A stretch of DNA of 32,000 bases, taken from the NCBI GenBank assembly GCA_964514965.1, contig CAZETV010000001.1, positions 633,063-665,062 on the forward strand, written 5' to 3'. Each line of letters begins with the position of its first letter. The first letter of the stretch is position 1. Shown here piece after piece: positions 31,746 to 32,000 of the stretch. This DNA comes from Candidatus Hadarchaeota archaeon (GTDB taxonomy: Archaea; Hadarchaeota; Hadarchaeia; Hadarchaeales; Hadarchaeaceae). Below the pieces are notes generated by a model that saw nothing but the letters and a program-made list of their open reading frames with translations, did no database searches and was not told the DNA's origin. Position numbers and translations under genes: made by a program.

Positions 31746-32000
31746 ATGACAAGGGACGGCGAAATATTACTCCCAAAATTCAAGCAAGAATGCTTACTTT
31801 CAAAGGGAGTCGAAGTTCTAGATTTGATGAGGGTGAGAAAGGAGACTGTGATGTATGTTCAGCCATGCGCGTCAGAGCGGGGAAAATTAATGGCAGACAT
31901 CGAACTCACCAAGGAACCCACTAAACAGTTTATCGACCCTGAAACCCTTTGCTCGCTGCTCGAGACCCACCGACGGCGCTTTGCAGAGCTGAAGTGCAGC
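31746..32000 (+). CDS. Hypothetical protein, N-terminal fragment (runs off the window)
   Basis: ATG 31746 opens a frame with no stop through 32000 (85 codons). I recognised no motif. Confidence 0.35.
   Translation, partial: MTRDGEILLPKFKQECLLSKGVEVLDLMRVRKETVMYVQPCASERGKLMADIELTKEPTKQFIDPETLCSLLETHRRRFAELKCS

Noticed and set aside
1-32000. CRISPR arrays, rRNA or tRNA genes, large repeats
   Set aside because: I saw no periodic repeat-spacer pattern, no rRNA-like conserved stretches and no cloverleaf candidates in the few non-coding gaps (5629-5909, 21000-21252, 25224-25396, 25931-26063, 29952-30129). A covariance-model scan would be needed for certainty.

Overview
This is an archaeal chromosomal fragment with about 45 tightly packed genes; many junctions are 0-4 nt apart or overlap. 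I found no rRNA, tRNA, CRISPR array, transposase or integrase. Positions 1-4481 hold the classic archaeal exosome superoperon: rrp41 (partial), rrp42, L37Ae, rpoP, a Brix-domain protein, Pcc1 and prefoldin beta. A DHH phosphoesterase follows, then a Taw1/TYW1 radical-SAM tRNA gene that a 1-nt frameshift splits in two. Positions 4.5-10.2 kb carry a membrane-anchored helical protein, a membrane-tethered HTH protein, translin-like and SepRS genes that overlap by 4 nt, a TIM-barrel sugar-phosphate isomerase and endonuclease V. The most unusual region is 10.2-16.5 kb. It starts with a small zinc-ribbon gene, then a winged-helix-fused LigD-PolDom-like primase-polymerase (AEP) and a 5-TM protein carrying a GCGD motif. 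Six consecutive proteins with class III (type IV pilin-like) signal peptides follow, the last one 680 aa. No pilus ATPase or platform gene is in the window, and two of the six genes lack a canonical start codon for their signal peptide. Positions 16.5-20.1 kb are a minus-strand operon: UBA-like protein, CaCA and CPA2 antiporters, DUF504, then an MBL hydrolase. A sharply AT-rich block (about 20.1-21.8 kb) holds a HAD hydrolase, a 49-aa zinc ribbon and the 3' part of a PflX-like radical SAM gene, and it ends inside that intact ORF. The remainder is housekeeping: prs, Trm11, RNase Z, dCMP deaminase, an NfnAB/SudAB-like pair, UPF0201, UPF0200, a stand-alone Lrp RAM domain, and IscS/IscU. All function calls come from motif recognition by eye; no database search was run.
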